64,000 nucleotides of DNA from Eledone cirrhosa (lineage: Eukaryota): contig OZ024745.1 of NCBI GenBank assembly GCA_964016885.1, forward strand, positions 57,040,001 to 57,104,000, given 5' to 3'. The position numbers and the translations under genes are program-made. The number at the start of each line of letters is the position of its first letter. Positions within the stretch are counted from its first letter, which is position 1. The notes below the pieces were generated by a model, which saw only the letters and a program-made list of their open reading frames with translations, searched no databases and was not told the origin of the DNA. Shown piece by piece: positions 14,201 to 27,200 of the stretch.

Positions 14201-14430
14201 AAACGGGTCACCGTCGGTTACGACGAATAGTATTACTCTTGATATGCTATCAGCAGAAGTGCCTGCTCGTGAAATTAACGTGCAAGAGACTGAGCATTCA
14301 CAGATACGCATACAATTAACATAGTTATCAGGGAGATTCATTGTGACACAGAATGTCAGAAGGCCGTTTTTTCGAATTACACTTACAACTCATTTTGGCA
14401 GCTGAGGGGATTGGAGCAACGTGAAATAAA
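14201..14430 (-). mobile_element. Fragment of a second octopod-type SINE family
   Basis: GTCGGTTACGACG...GCCTGCTCGTGAAATTAACGTGCAAG...GGAGCAACGTGAAATAAA resembles an abundant octopus SINE (recalled from memory, not searched). Confidence 0.5.
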
Positions 14431-14472
14431 TAGATATATAGTTAAATGTGGAGTATAGGTCGATTCTGTATA

Positions 14473-14764
<292 letters not shown>

Positions 14765-15469
14765 GAATTTTCTTGTGCTGGAAATAACGTCTAGACTGGA
14801 CAGCTATCATAGCCAACAGAAAAACATAAGGTTATGAATTCATATGGTTTAGCTATAGTTATTCAGTATAAAGTTAAATAGCTATTAATGCGAAGATATA
14901 TAGACATTTTATACATTGACAGACTCGCCGATGCACAATGACAAACACATATATTGTGCTCTTATATAAATATGTAAGTGTGTGTGATGTATATTTATTA
15001 TATTTCCATTTATTATATTTCCATGATAAAAGAACATATCCCTGATTATATATAGAACAATATACTACCATATACAAGCGTATATCTCGCACAAACTTTA
15101 TTCATTTATTTTATTATATTTCACCTTATATTTACGATTGTTTATATTTAACCTAATGTGATAAGGTTCATCATATATATACATCCTTTTATCTTCGATA
15201 TGGAACAGTTTTCACCTAAAATGTCCAGATGTCCAGATATATGAGAAGCTAAATTGTAAGAGAAAAGAAAGAAAAAAAAAACGAAAAATACAATACAACA
15301 AAAGATTAAATAAAAAATATTCTTAGGATATTATAAATGACGAACGGATTTGTTGCATTTTATTTATGAATTTCTCGCCTGTCTACCATCCTGTATCAAT
15401 ACATATTGAGAAAACAATGGCTATGCTGAAAGAGTTAAAAGAGATAGAGGGCAAGATTGAGGAACAGAA

Positions 15470-15532
15470 AGAGTAAGAGAGAGAGAGAAAATGAGAGAGA
15501 GGGTGTGAGAGAAAGAATGGGAGACATAGAGT

Positions 15533-15624
<92 letters not shown>

Positions 15625-15680
15625 AGGAGAGAGAGAGAGAGTAGGGAGAGACACAGAGTGTCTGAGACAGGGAGAGAGAG
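15470..15680. repeat. (GA)n microsatellite and purine tract
   Basis: Directly visible. Confidence 0.95.
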
Positions 15681-16023
15681 AAACCTCATTGTAGAAATTA
15701 GTGGGTTCGATAGATAAATCGATAGGAGAGTTTTTAACACAATGGAGGAGAAATAGAGAGAAATAATCATCAGTCAATGGGCACGTAAGGTTAATACTGA
15801 TGAGTGCACACCCTGAAATATTTGATAGGGTAGAAGAAAGTGTGAGTTTGTAAAAGTTAGCACGTATAAAAGAGAAGAGGTGAAAAGAAAATTGTGTATT
15901 AGATATGTGAAGGGAAATTAGAGACGCTAGAGATGATATATGTCACAAGAAAAGGCAGCATGTGTGTTGAGAGAAAGAATTACAAATAGAGGTCGATTAC
16001 ATAGATAATTAAATAACTTTGAG

Positions 16024-16102
<79 letters not shown>

Positions 16103-16108
16103 TAGTTA

Positions 16109-16148
<40 letters not shown>

Positions 16149-16173
16149 GGTGGTGAGAGTAGTAGCAGTAGTA

Positions 16174-16243
<70 letters not shown>

Positions 16244-16279
16244 AGTAGTGTTGGTGATGGTGGTAGTAGTAGTAGTAGT
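16024..16279. repeat. (TAG)n/(TGG)n trinucleotide microsatellite
   Basis: Directly visible. Confidence 0.97.
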
Positions 16280-16625
16280 GAAGCGACCTGAATGAAGCTT
16301 GCATTTGAAATTGTCTCTCTGATGAAAATGAAAGTATGGTAGGCATAGAGAGAATGTTCGAAAGTGACATGAAAGAGAAAAACATGTCTATGTAAAGGTG
16401 AAGTGTTGAAGAGATAATAGATATTCCTATAGAGATGGGAAATTTTAAAAAAAATAATGCGGTATGCAAGGAATGAGTTATAAGGATTAAACGAATGATA
16501 GAGAAAATGGCAATGGTAGAAATAAAGAATGAAATGAAGAAAAAGAAACAGAGAAAGATTGTAGAGAGAAATCATAAAATTGAAGACGAATGTGGTATGT
16601 TGGGAAATGAGTTGTAAATAGAAGA

Positions 16626-16834
16626 GTCACTTTATAATTGTTTCTACGTTAGGCACAAGGCCAGCAATTACCCAGTGCATTACTGGTACTTTATTTTATC
16701 GACCCCGTAAGGATGAAAGGCAAAGTTAACCTTGGCGGGATTTGAACTCAGAATGGCAAGGGCCGTAACTCTATACGTCAAAGCATGGCGTCCGACCCTC
16801 TACCAATACTGCCAATCCACGGTCACTTTATAAT
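16626..16834 (-). mobile_element. Full-length tRNA/Deu-Nin SINE (short form) with 13-bp TSD
   Basis: A and B boxes on the minus strand; TSD GTCACTTTATAAT at 16626-16638 and 16822-16834. Confidence 0.9.
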
Positions 16835-16902
16835 CAGAAGAAAAATAGATGTAGCGACATATAACAGACAGACACACACACACACACACACATATATATA
16901 TG

Positions 16903-17101
16903 CGAAAAGCGTGAGGACCCCGAGGGCTGAGCTCCGGCCATTTCGACAGCTAGATCTGACTGTTTAGATCTAGCGGTTGAAATGGCCGGAGCTCACCCGT
17001 CGGGTTCCTGACTCTTTTCCTGTTACCCTCTCTACTTCCCTAAGTATCGAGTACTCTGGTGCGTTATGGTCCACCTGGTTCCTTACCACACTTCCTTCGT
17101 T
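16903..17101 (+). mobile_element. Palindromic half-HHR family copy
   Basis: Inverted arm 16903-16960 plus direct GAAATGGCCGGAGCTCACCCGTCGGG...CCTTACCACACTTCCTTCG-(TA). Confidence 0.8.
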
Positions 17102-17115
17102 ATATATATGCATAT

Positions 17116-17176
<61 letters not shown>

Positions 17177-17647
17177 CAGAGAGAGAGGGAGAGAGAGAGA
17201 GAGGTGAAAAAGAATTAATGAACAGGTGTCGTAAGGTGTTGATGAGTAGAGTGGAGTCTCCAAATATATTACACTTAATTATAAGTCAAAGTGTAAAGAA
17301 AACTCAGTCAAAAATAGAGAAACTGCTCCATTTCGAACAGAAGAAAGAAGACATAAAGAAGTCGCTACTCGACATGAATAGCTAAGAAATGTTACAAAGC
17401 GTTGAAAAACACAAGAAGTACCAGGAGCGATGTTTGAGATATAAACAAGAAGAGAAACCAGAAGCAAATTGCGCAAGACAGTCATGAAGCATGAGTAATC
17501 AGTTGATTTTTACTATGCTTGTATACACGCACACACATATACATACATTATATATATATATATTATATATACATATATTATATTACATATACATATATTA
17601 TATATATTGTACACACGCACACACATATACATATATATTTATAATAA

Positions 17648-18013
17648 TAAGGGTTGACGGACCGAGCATATTTATCAATACCAGTACCGGTTGTATCTCA
17701 GCGCACTTAATAGGCAATGTAAGATACATGACCAGAGTATACACATAGTTATTTGCCTCAGCACAACACACGTAAAACGGGTGACAATAAGGTTCCCGGA
17801 CTCGACTTTCTGGCGCACTAATGCAGCAGTAGGGTGCACTGCACCATCTGTCTGCATATGTTATGCAACAATGCACAATAGGCGTATGCGGCTTCATCAG
17901 CGGGTTTCGCCTAATCAATAACCAATCGATCGACAGAATCCAAACACCGGCCCATGCCGGACATGACATTGTGACAACCGACACGGTAGAGCGATTAGCA
18001 ACTGGCAACCGTT
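17648..18013. mobile_element. Possible non-autonomous DNA transposon (short TIR, TA flanks)
   Basis: Ends TAAGGGTTG ... CAACCGTTA; GC-richer interior inside an AT-rich flank. Confidence 0.3.
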
Positions 18014-18500
18014 ATATATATAATGACTAACAACAGAATGTTTTATGTCTGCGTGTCTGATATGAATGCGTAGCTTTTGAATAAAAAATTCAAGGGATGC
18101 CGCTGGCCGTGGTGATGATTGTTGCCAAACATGTTTTGAAATATATCGTCTTATTGTCTAATTTCATCGTCTTATTGGCAAATAAACCAACGCGAGTAAT
18201 TGTTGCTCAAAAGTATTCGCCATTTTGTTTGCACGTTTATTTATCGTTTAGCTTTCGAATCTTCCTCCTGTATTTCGTCTTTTATCATCAAAATATTTTT
18301 CTCGTTTTGGTAAGATATATTGTTAATTTTTATATATATATAATATATATATATATATAATATATATATATATAATATATATATATATAATATATATATA
18401 TATAATATATATATATATATTTTATATATATATAATATATATATATAATATATATATATATAATATATATATAATATATATATATATATAATATATATAT

Positions 18501-18970
18501 GGAAAAAATGAAACGAAATTTAATTTCCCATCTTAGTACGGCTGTTACTTAAATATAAGTATGTACACGTACATACATATATGTATACAGACGTACAGTA
18601 GTATGTATATATATATACATACATGCACATATATATATATATATGTACGAATGGATTCACCGAACATTTATTATAATGCTCGGTGTGTTTGTAAACAAAC
18701 ATCCCGTATTAAGCCGTAGTGTCTAGCAACCATCGTTGCTCGTTTCTTCAACACTGACAAAGGAACGCTGTACTAGTTTCAAGTTTATTAGCTATCATAA
18801 GCAACGTATACCTTCCTGCCAGATTGTTGAACGTATATACTTACCTTATGCATATTAACGGCTGAGTAACCCAATTTGCATATCGAGGGTATTAATCGGC
18901 CGGGTGCACTGAAAAAGATAAACATACAGTGCTCGGCAACCATCGTCGATATTTGGTTCAACACTGACAC
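18501..18970 (-). mobile_element. Single copy of the ~457-nt HHR-bearing non-coding retroelement
   Basis: Collinear with 59501-59957; flanked by (TA)n. Confidence 0.85.
18766..18806 (-). ncRNA. Hammerhead motif (core G5 mutated)
   Basis: Minus: CGTTG-CTTATGA-TAGCT AATA AACTT-GAAAC-TA-GTA-CAGCG. Confidence 0.6.
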
Positions 18971-19199
18971 ATATATATATATATAATATAGATATATATA
19001 TAATATTTACAAGCAAAGGGATATTTAATTTGTTAGTAATTCAACAAATATATATATATAACAGATTCGAAGCACTCGACATTTTCTGAGCTCAACCTTT
19101 ATCCTCTCCCTCCAACGTCGCTGTGAGCGCTACATTATCTGCATGATGTGCAAAATATGCCTTCAGCTTTGCCCAAATGAAGTTGGCATCACCTTTAAT

Positions 19200-19555
19200 G
19201 TACACCCATGGCTTGGGCCCCGTGCTATCCGCCCACGACAAAAATCTAGCTCGCATCTCATAACAACAATACGGCACAATTATTTCACCTCAATTGGCCC
19301 TGCTCTCTTAAACATACACTAAAACACATCAAAGCAGAAACAGACCCCATCAAGTTCAAGAAGTCTTTGTACAAATTCCTTCAAGAAATCCCGGATAAGC
19401 CCTCTACACACCGATATGCCTCTGTAAACAAAAACTCACTGCCTGACTGCGCCATGGTGCCCGAACACCATGGCTGTAAAACTTCACCAGGTGGTGCTAT
19501 TAAGTTAGACATGGCCTGGGCGAATACTGACCGAAACCTATCAAAGTTATCAAAG

Positions 19556-19558
<3 letters not shown>
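19200..19558 (+). mobile_element. CR1-clade LINE 3' end
   Basis: YFTSIGPALLN...IKFKKSLYKFLQEIPDKP...NSL is a typical CR1 ORF2 terminus; short tandem tail TATCAAAGT x2. Confidence 0.65.
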
Positions 19559-19635
<77 letters not shown>

Positions 19636-19712
19636 CATATATAATATATATATAATATGCATATAATATGCATATATATATATATATATATATATAACTA
19701 AATATATATATA

Positions 19713-19854
19713 TAATTGTTTCTACTTTTGGCACAAGGCCAGCAATTATCCAGTACATTACTGGTATTTTATTTTATCGACACCGTAAGGATGAAAGAGA
19801 AAGTTAACCTCGACGGGATTTGAACTCAGACCGTAAAGGGACGTAACTATGCTG

Positions 19855-19855
<1 letters not shown>
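19713..19855 (-). mobile_element. 5'-truncated tRNA/Deu-Nin SINE
   Basis: Matches the 16635-16780 copy. Confidence 0.85.
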
Positions 19856-19914
<59 letters not shown>

Positions 19915-19916
<2 letters not shown>

Positions 19917-20869
19917 TTAGTGTATATTGATTAATGTTCAGAGCCATCCTCAGCATTCTCGTGTAGCACCCATCCACCATCTGGGTGAGTTTCTTGGTCA
20001 GTGTCCAAGTCTCAAACCCGTACAACAGCACAAACTCCACTACAGCAATGAAGAGGTGGATTTTCAGGTCTTTACGAAGGTCCGACTTCCACACTGATCT
20101 CAAGCTGTGGCACGCCGCCCAGCCTTTGCTCTTCCTCTCAACCACATCAGCTTCCATATTCCCAATCTGTGTTCCCAAATACAGGAAGTCCTCAACCAAT
20201 TCTAGCGGCTTCCCGCCTAAATTAGTGATCCTCACTGGCTTCTCAACATTCTCTACCAAATATTTTGTTTTAGACTCATTCATTCTCAGCCCCACACTCA
20301 TTGAGACAGTCTCAACCTCCTGCATCAAATCCTCTGCCTCCTTCACTGTATTTGTCACCAAAACTATGTCGTCGGCAAATTCAGCATCCGATATCTTTTT
20401 CGCCTTAACTCTCCTGCTCTGAGCCGGTGCTACAGTAAAGCCAGAGTCCTGTTGTTTCTCCAGTTCAAGGCGATAACAATAGTCCACTACGATGATAAAA
20501 AGGTAGAGAGCCAATATATCTCCCTGTAGCACTCCAGCCAGTATCTCAAAGATCTCTGTGATCCCATCAGGTGTAATGACTTGGGCTTTGGTGTTGGTGT
20601 AGAGCAGTGATATCAGCTCAAAAGTAACACAGAGGAGACTGAGATTAGCTGGACATGCTCACCAACATCCAGAGTTGACATTGCACTCAATGCTCCTGTG
20701 GGAGCCCTTACATGTACACACTGGAAGAAGAAGACCAAGGTTAACGTATGTTGATGCCCTAAGAACAGACACTGGTCTGTTGGAGACGCAGGACATGGCA
20801 GCGATAATGAGGTACAGAGACCGCTGGAGAGAACTCGTCCAAGGATCTCGGGAATTGTACCCGCCCTAG
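19915..20869. mobile_element. RTE-clade LINE with 5' inversion (19915-20613 on -, 20611-20869 on +)
   Basis: Minus: GVLQGDILALYLF...EFADDI...FLYLG...LLYGFETWTL...RMLRMALNI. Plus: RRLRLAGH...GRRRPRLTYVD...RDRWR, then stop and (TA)n. Confidence 0.9.
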
Positions 20870-20870
20870 A

Positions 20871-20905
<35 letters not shown>

Positions 20906-20930
20906 TGTGTGTTTGTGTGATTGTGTGTAT

Positions 20931-20998
<68 letters not shown>

Positions 20999-21134
20999 AT
21001 TACATTTTTTTCTATCTTCTTGAAGGCTCAGATGTGGCTTAGCTGTTAGATCGCTGTGCTTACCAACCTGAGCTTGCTTGAACCTTTTCCGGACCAAGAC
21101 ATTTTATTTCACATTACTATATATATAAGTTGTG

Positions 21135-21330
21135 ACGTCAGTGCTGGTAACCAATATCGGTCATTACGTTTCTCTTGGACCGGTGGCGTAGAGGTGAGAG
21201 ACCGTTAGGCATGGGTGATTGCTGGTCTTCCACAAAAAACATCTAGCCGGCCATATGCCTCGGAGGGAAAGTTTCCAGGTGCAAATTCTATGGACATGTG
21301 TGACCGAATGTGATCATTTGCCCATTACTA
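21135..21330 (+). mobile_element. 3' fragment of an octopod-type interspersed repeat (SINE-like)
   Basis: GCTGGTCTTCCA...TGCCTCGGAGGG...GGTGCAA..TGACCGAA resembles a common octopus repeat (recalled from memory). Confidence 0.35.
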
Positions 21331-21453
21331 TTTTGCTACTCCGAAAGACGCCGGTTATGAAGAAATGAGAAAATACTGATTGGAAAAGCTTCGATTACCG
21401 TTGAAAAAACCCAAATCGATATGTTACTGTATTTATATACACAAACACACACA

Positions 21454-22258
<805 letters not shown>

Positions 22259-23685
22259 TATCTAGTTGATATATACATATCTAGTTGATATATATGTATA
22301 ATTTGTGTGTGTCTGTATATGTGTGTATAAATGCGAAACGCCAACCAGGTAAGGCACCACAGGAAAACAGTTGGATGGTGATATAAAATGGTTTAAGGCT
22401 TTTTATATTAGGGAAATAATTTTGACATATCGGTAGGTTGGTCTATCTTCGGAAAATAGTGTTATTGCTAGAAGAAATAGAAAAAGTGTCTAGATTATCT
22501 AAGGAATGTAAATATACATTCACACGTGTTTTGAGTTTGATTTTGTTTTCGTCTAATAAACATAAAATAGGTTTCGCTTGTAAGTATAGATATATTTATG
22601 AATACACACATTTGCATATTTACTAATTACTTTTCCTTCAAGTAATTTAAGATACTAACGAAATACAATATAATTAGGCCAAATTTTGGAAGCTGAATGT
22701 ATGTGAGTAAATACATACTTGTATATATTTTCTTATTATTTTATTTTCATATTATTTCTAATATGTATATATGCAGGAATATATATCCATACGTAATTTT
22801 ATGGTGGTATTAATTTTCCTATCAATTTTCTCTCATTATCAGATTATATATTTGCCTTTAATCTTCTTTCTCAAATTGCAATATACAAAGAGAGAAAGGG
22901 AGAGATAGATAGATAGAGAGAGAGAGGGAGAAAGCGAGAGAGTAAAAGACTGTAAAATCATATACAAGTTATAATTTCAGAAGGTTAACGCAATTTGTAA
23001 AGAAAACACTATACTTTTTATGGAGCAATGTAAAATTAACGTCCCTTAATTTAACAGCTAAATAATATTAACATTTTTTCAATTATTTTATGTTATTTAT
23101 AACGTTTTTGTGACTCTCAATTGTTTTCCTCAAGGTGGTTTCGTACTCCTATTGTTTATATATTATTTTAATTTGTGTTAAGATCTTAGTGTATGTGTTT
23201 ATTCTTATATACTATAATGCTTAAATGAAATTCTTCCAGCTAACATTTCTTCTGCTGAAATGTGTTGAAAACTAATTAAAGTAATTTAGATTCCTTCATA
23301 ATTCTTGTTTATTTGCTCTGATACTACACGGTAAACTAATATTTTGTATATAGTGCAGACAGAAAACCGACTGGAGATGTTCATATCCATTGAGGGTGAA
23401 CTAGAACGACTAGGAGTAATTAGCTGTATCACTAATACACTGTCCTATTATAAATCACACTACATTAGTTCTACAGTTGGTAATTCTATATGGTCAAGTT
23501 CGCAAATGCGTATCTCTATCCGACGCTTTAAACACAAAAGTGCATATAAGCTATAAGCTTCTGTCCTCAGTACCGAATGATGAAGTAACACCGATAATGA
23601 ATAATATGCAGTATCATTTGCGTGATGTCTTTATAAATCAGCTGCGGTACATGTGATATGATTGCAGTTTAAAATATTCATATAT

Positions 23686-23868
23686 ATAGGAACGAGTTGG
23701 ACCCCGACGGCTGAGTTCAAGCCGTTTCGACGGCTTATTCTGGACGTTGAAACGGCTTGAGCTCAGCCGTTGGGGTCCTACTCGTTCCTATTACCCACTC
23801 TACTACCCTAAGTATTGAGTACTTTGGTGCGTTATGGTCCACCTGGTTCCTACCACATTTCCTTGGGT
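23686..23868 (+). mobile_element. Palindromic half-HHR family copy
   Basis: ATAGGAACGAG..CCCCGACGGCTGAG..GCCGTTTC / GAAACGGCTTGAGCTCAGCCGTTGGGG..CTCGTTCCTAT plus the shared 3' tail. Confidence 0.85.
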
Positions 23869-23937
23869 ATCTATCTATCTATATATATATATATATAAAT
23901 TCAGTTTCTTTGAATAGACGGCCGTACAGTGTACGTT

Positions 23938-24293
23938 GATTAGATTGCTGAGGAATTAATCAAAAGGGAATTGAGAGAGAAAACAAAAGAAAAGGACGAG
24001 TGATTGAAAGTTACCTTAGCCTTTTATTATTCCCCAAATCTTTCGGATTAATCATACATTATTAATGGGGTTCCGTAGGAGAAGCTTTGGAGAAAAACAC
24101 GAAATGAGCACGAAAATCTGGGGTTTTTCTCCGAGCCTCCCGATATGGACCCCCACCCACCTTGATAATAGATGGTTAATCCGAGAAATTTGGGAAATAA
24201 TAAATTGCTAAGATAACTTTCAATGATACATCCATTCTTTTATTTTACTTTCTCTCTCAATTTCCCTCTGATTAATACCTTGGCAATTTAACC
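23938..24293. repeat. ~355-bp degenerate fold-back (MITE-like) palindrome
   Basis: For example ATTAATCAAAAGGGAATTGAGAGAGAAA vs TTTCTCTCTCAATTTCCCTCTGATTAAT; TTGAAAGTTACCTTAGC vs GCTAAGATAACTTTCAA; GGAGAAAAAC vs GTTTTTCTCC. Confidence 0.8.
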
Positions 24294-27200
24294 CACTTGC
24301 ATTGCCGCGTGAAAGAGTAAATACAATATTTTCCGTCTAGATTCTTTGGCACGCAGGTCTCACCTGCTTTTCTGCAATTTGTTGTTATTACTGAACATGC
24401 GAAGTTTGCTAATTTGAGAGGCGTGGACATAACCTCCTGTAAACTGAGGTAAAATACTTCTACAAAAACATTATTTGAGATAACAAATGATCATATTTTG
24501 TAGATTTGAAATCAGATTTGTGGATAAGGTTTTCAAATCGAAGACGGGGATTTATGCTGGTCCAGCTGCTGTGAAGGATAAAGATCATACTCAAGTTTAA
24601 AAAAGTATCTTCTATTTAATCCAAAATTAGAAATATACCAGAATCGTTCTTAGACTATATGTCAACATTTACAGATTTCCAAGAATTTGCCCTTTTCGTT
24701 TATGCAAATCTCACCGTTTTAGCTTCCACTTTTGCTCCTTGTATAATGTTCTATTTAATGTTGTAGATGGAAATTGTATTCCCACTTTTAATTGCTAGAG
24801 ATACTTGGCTAACTCTCTCCCCACTCTCTGTTCACTACTCCTTATAGGGATCCTATAATAATAGAATCTGAGATTTTACATATTCCGTGCTATGTCAAAG
24901 TTTAGTTTTGACATACCACCACTATCTTTTTAGTGAGTGATAAGAAACTCTCAGCGCAGAAGGCATACTGGCTTTGCATGTTATTTTTTTATTGTTTCAA
25001 ACTTAATAATACATCTTCAAACTAATTTCGAAACTGTGTTTGCTAAAGGCTGACTATATTTATGGTTAGTACGAAGGTTCTTATCTATTAGGGTTAAACA
25101 TGTTTTCGTTGTTTTAGATTTCAGATAAACAGTAACAACTATGAATATTTACATCGTTTAATTAAGCACAATATTAGATTAAATTATAATTGCGCGTCAA
25201 ATTTGTAGTAGCTAATATTTCATCCATTCCTGATAAAACTGAAGATACATGCTTATGCCTAATAATCCATATCAATTAAATATATCTTCATAACAGAAAA
25301 GTGTTTCTGAGGCAGAGTCTACCTACGTACATCCAAACCTCGCTGTAAAAACCTCACAGGAATGAACGTACAAGAGTTACAGCCGCAAGTTCATTAACGT
25401 ATATCAAACACATAATTACAATCGCATGGTGAGGCTACCTTTATTGCAAAGAAGAGAAATTGCGTTTAAATGCTAATTTAGTTTGAACATTGTTAAACGA
25501 GGAACGCAGTGCAAGGAAGGAATCAACATTTATTTTCTTTGCGGAGCTGAATAAAGACGAATACTCAATCATTTGCATAATCATGAACTATTTTGGGGCA
25601 CTATATCCTCTCTTAGAGAAACATTTCCCGTGTACACGGGATGTACAATCTCCATCCGATAATTAAAAATACTCACCCTCATATATATTGATATTTGCAT
25701 AAACATTCCTTGCTTTCTGGTTTGCTGTAATTATTGTTTCATTTATTTTCTATTTCTTGCAGTGCTTTTTTCCCTTTATTCTACTCCCCACTTCCCGATT
25801 GTTGATATATTGATCTGGCTCATGTATGCAGCAGTCGCTTTTCCCTATATTTTTACAACGCTGTCCCTGTTTTCGACGTTGTACATTATATTTCTGTTAT
25901 ACTATTTGTTCTGTTGATATTTACAAAAGTCGCCGACAGTTTCCATCTGCCAAATTCAAATATCACATTATTGGTAAAACCAAGGACCTGGTAGACACTT
26001 TCCGTAGGCGTTTTGGAGTCTCATGCTTCCTCCCTGTAAAACGATATTTTTTTTTATAAAGAGAGCTTTACTGAAATTAGAGATACTGATTAGTGGAGTC
26101 GCTGTAATAGAAAATGATGTTTGTTAGAGAATATTATAATTCTATTGAACTTAGTAAGGTTACTAAGCATTTGTCTAATTTAAAATGTAGCGAGAAAGAG
26201 CCTATCAGTTTAAAATGACCTTAAATTGGGTCTCTCATTTTCTACAATTCTATTTTCTATATTAACATTGGTACTCCTCCTTAAATAATAGCCAAATAAT
26301 TTGAGGGCGATGCATAGTCACTGGTGACGTATTTCATCTGTTCTAGAATAACAGAATGAAATTAAATACGATTGCAGAACCTGAAAGGGTATACCTAAAT
26401 ATTGATTTCTTACATACGATTTTATTTGTTCGGGCATCAAAGCGATGGTATGATCGACTATATTCCGTCGAAATTCATGACAGGTATTTCAGGAGTCTTA
26501 AAATATTTGAAATGCATATCGGAGGGATTTGTACAAAGAAACTGAATTATTAAAGTAAGTCAATTTAGGATATTACCTTTTCGGAACTTTGACTATCATG
26601 CCTGGTTATGGCCTATGAACAATGGCCTATTGACAATGCAATAATGATGTCTTCGAGGTTTCTAGCTACTTAGTTTTATCCATAGATGTTATGTAACGAA
26701 CTCAATATAATGTAAATCATAAATCGTCCCTGGTGCTCCCAGATTTAACAAAGACAGCACAACATTGTATAAAGTATTAGGCCCGGCATTTCACCATTTT
26801 CGCCGCTATTCTTGTAAACTTTATGAATGATACAAATAGCAAATAATACGTAGATCAATTTCAAGTGTTTTGCCTTTTTCTAAACCAACTACAATGCCTT
26901 TTGACTAAAATCTAGTTGAATAAAATCGGGGAATTAGCCAATTAAGACGGTAAACGGAATCGTTTAACGGAATCGGAACGCCACAAGGGGAATCTGGCCA
27001 GAACCTTTGTAAATGTTAACTTCGTGTTTTGATAGCTACAGTGTGAGAATGTAAACAAATAATCTTTTGATGAGAGCGTAGTAAGATTCACAATTTTCCA
27101 CTTCAGTAATGGAGTTTCTCGGATATAAGATCAAGATTTCGTGCCTATTTCCAGCAATGCCTTGACGTTTGATTGTCACTGGCGTTGTTTGGCTAGTTTT

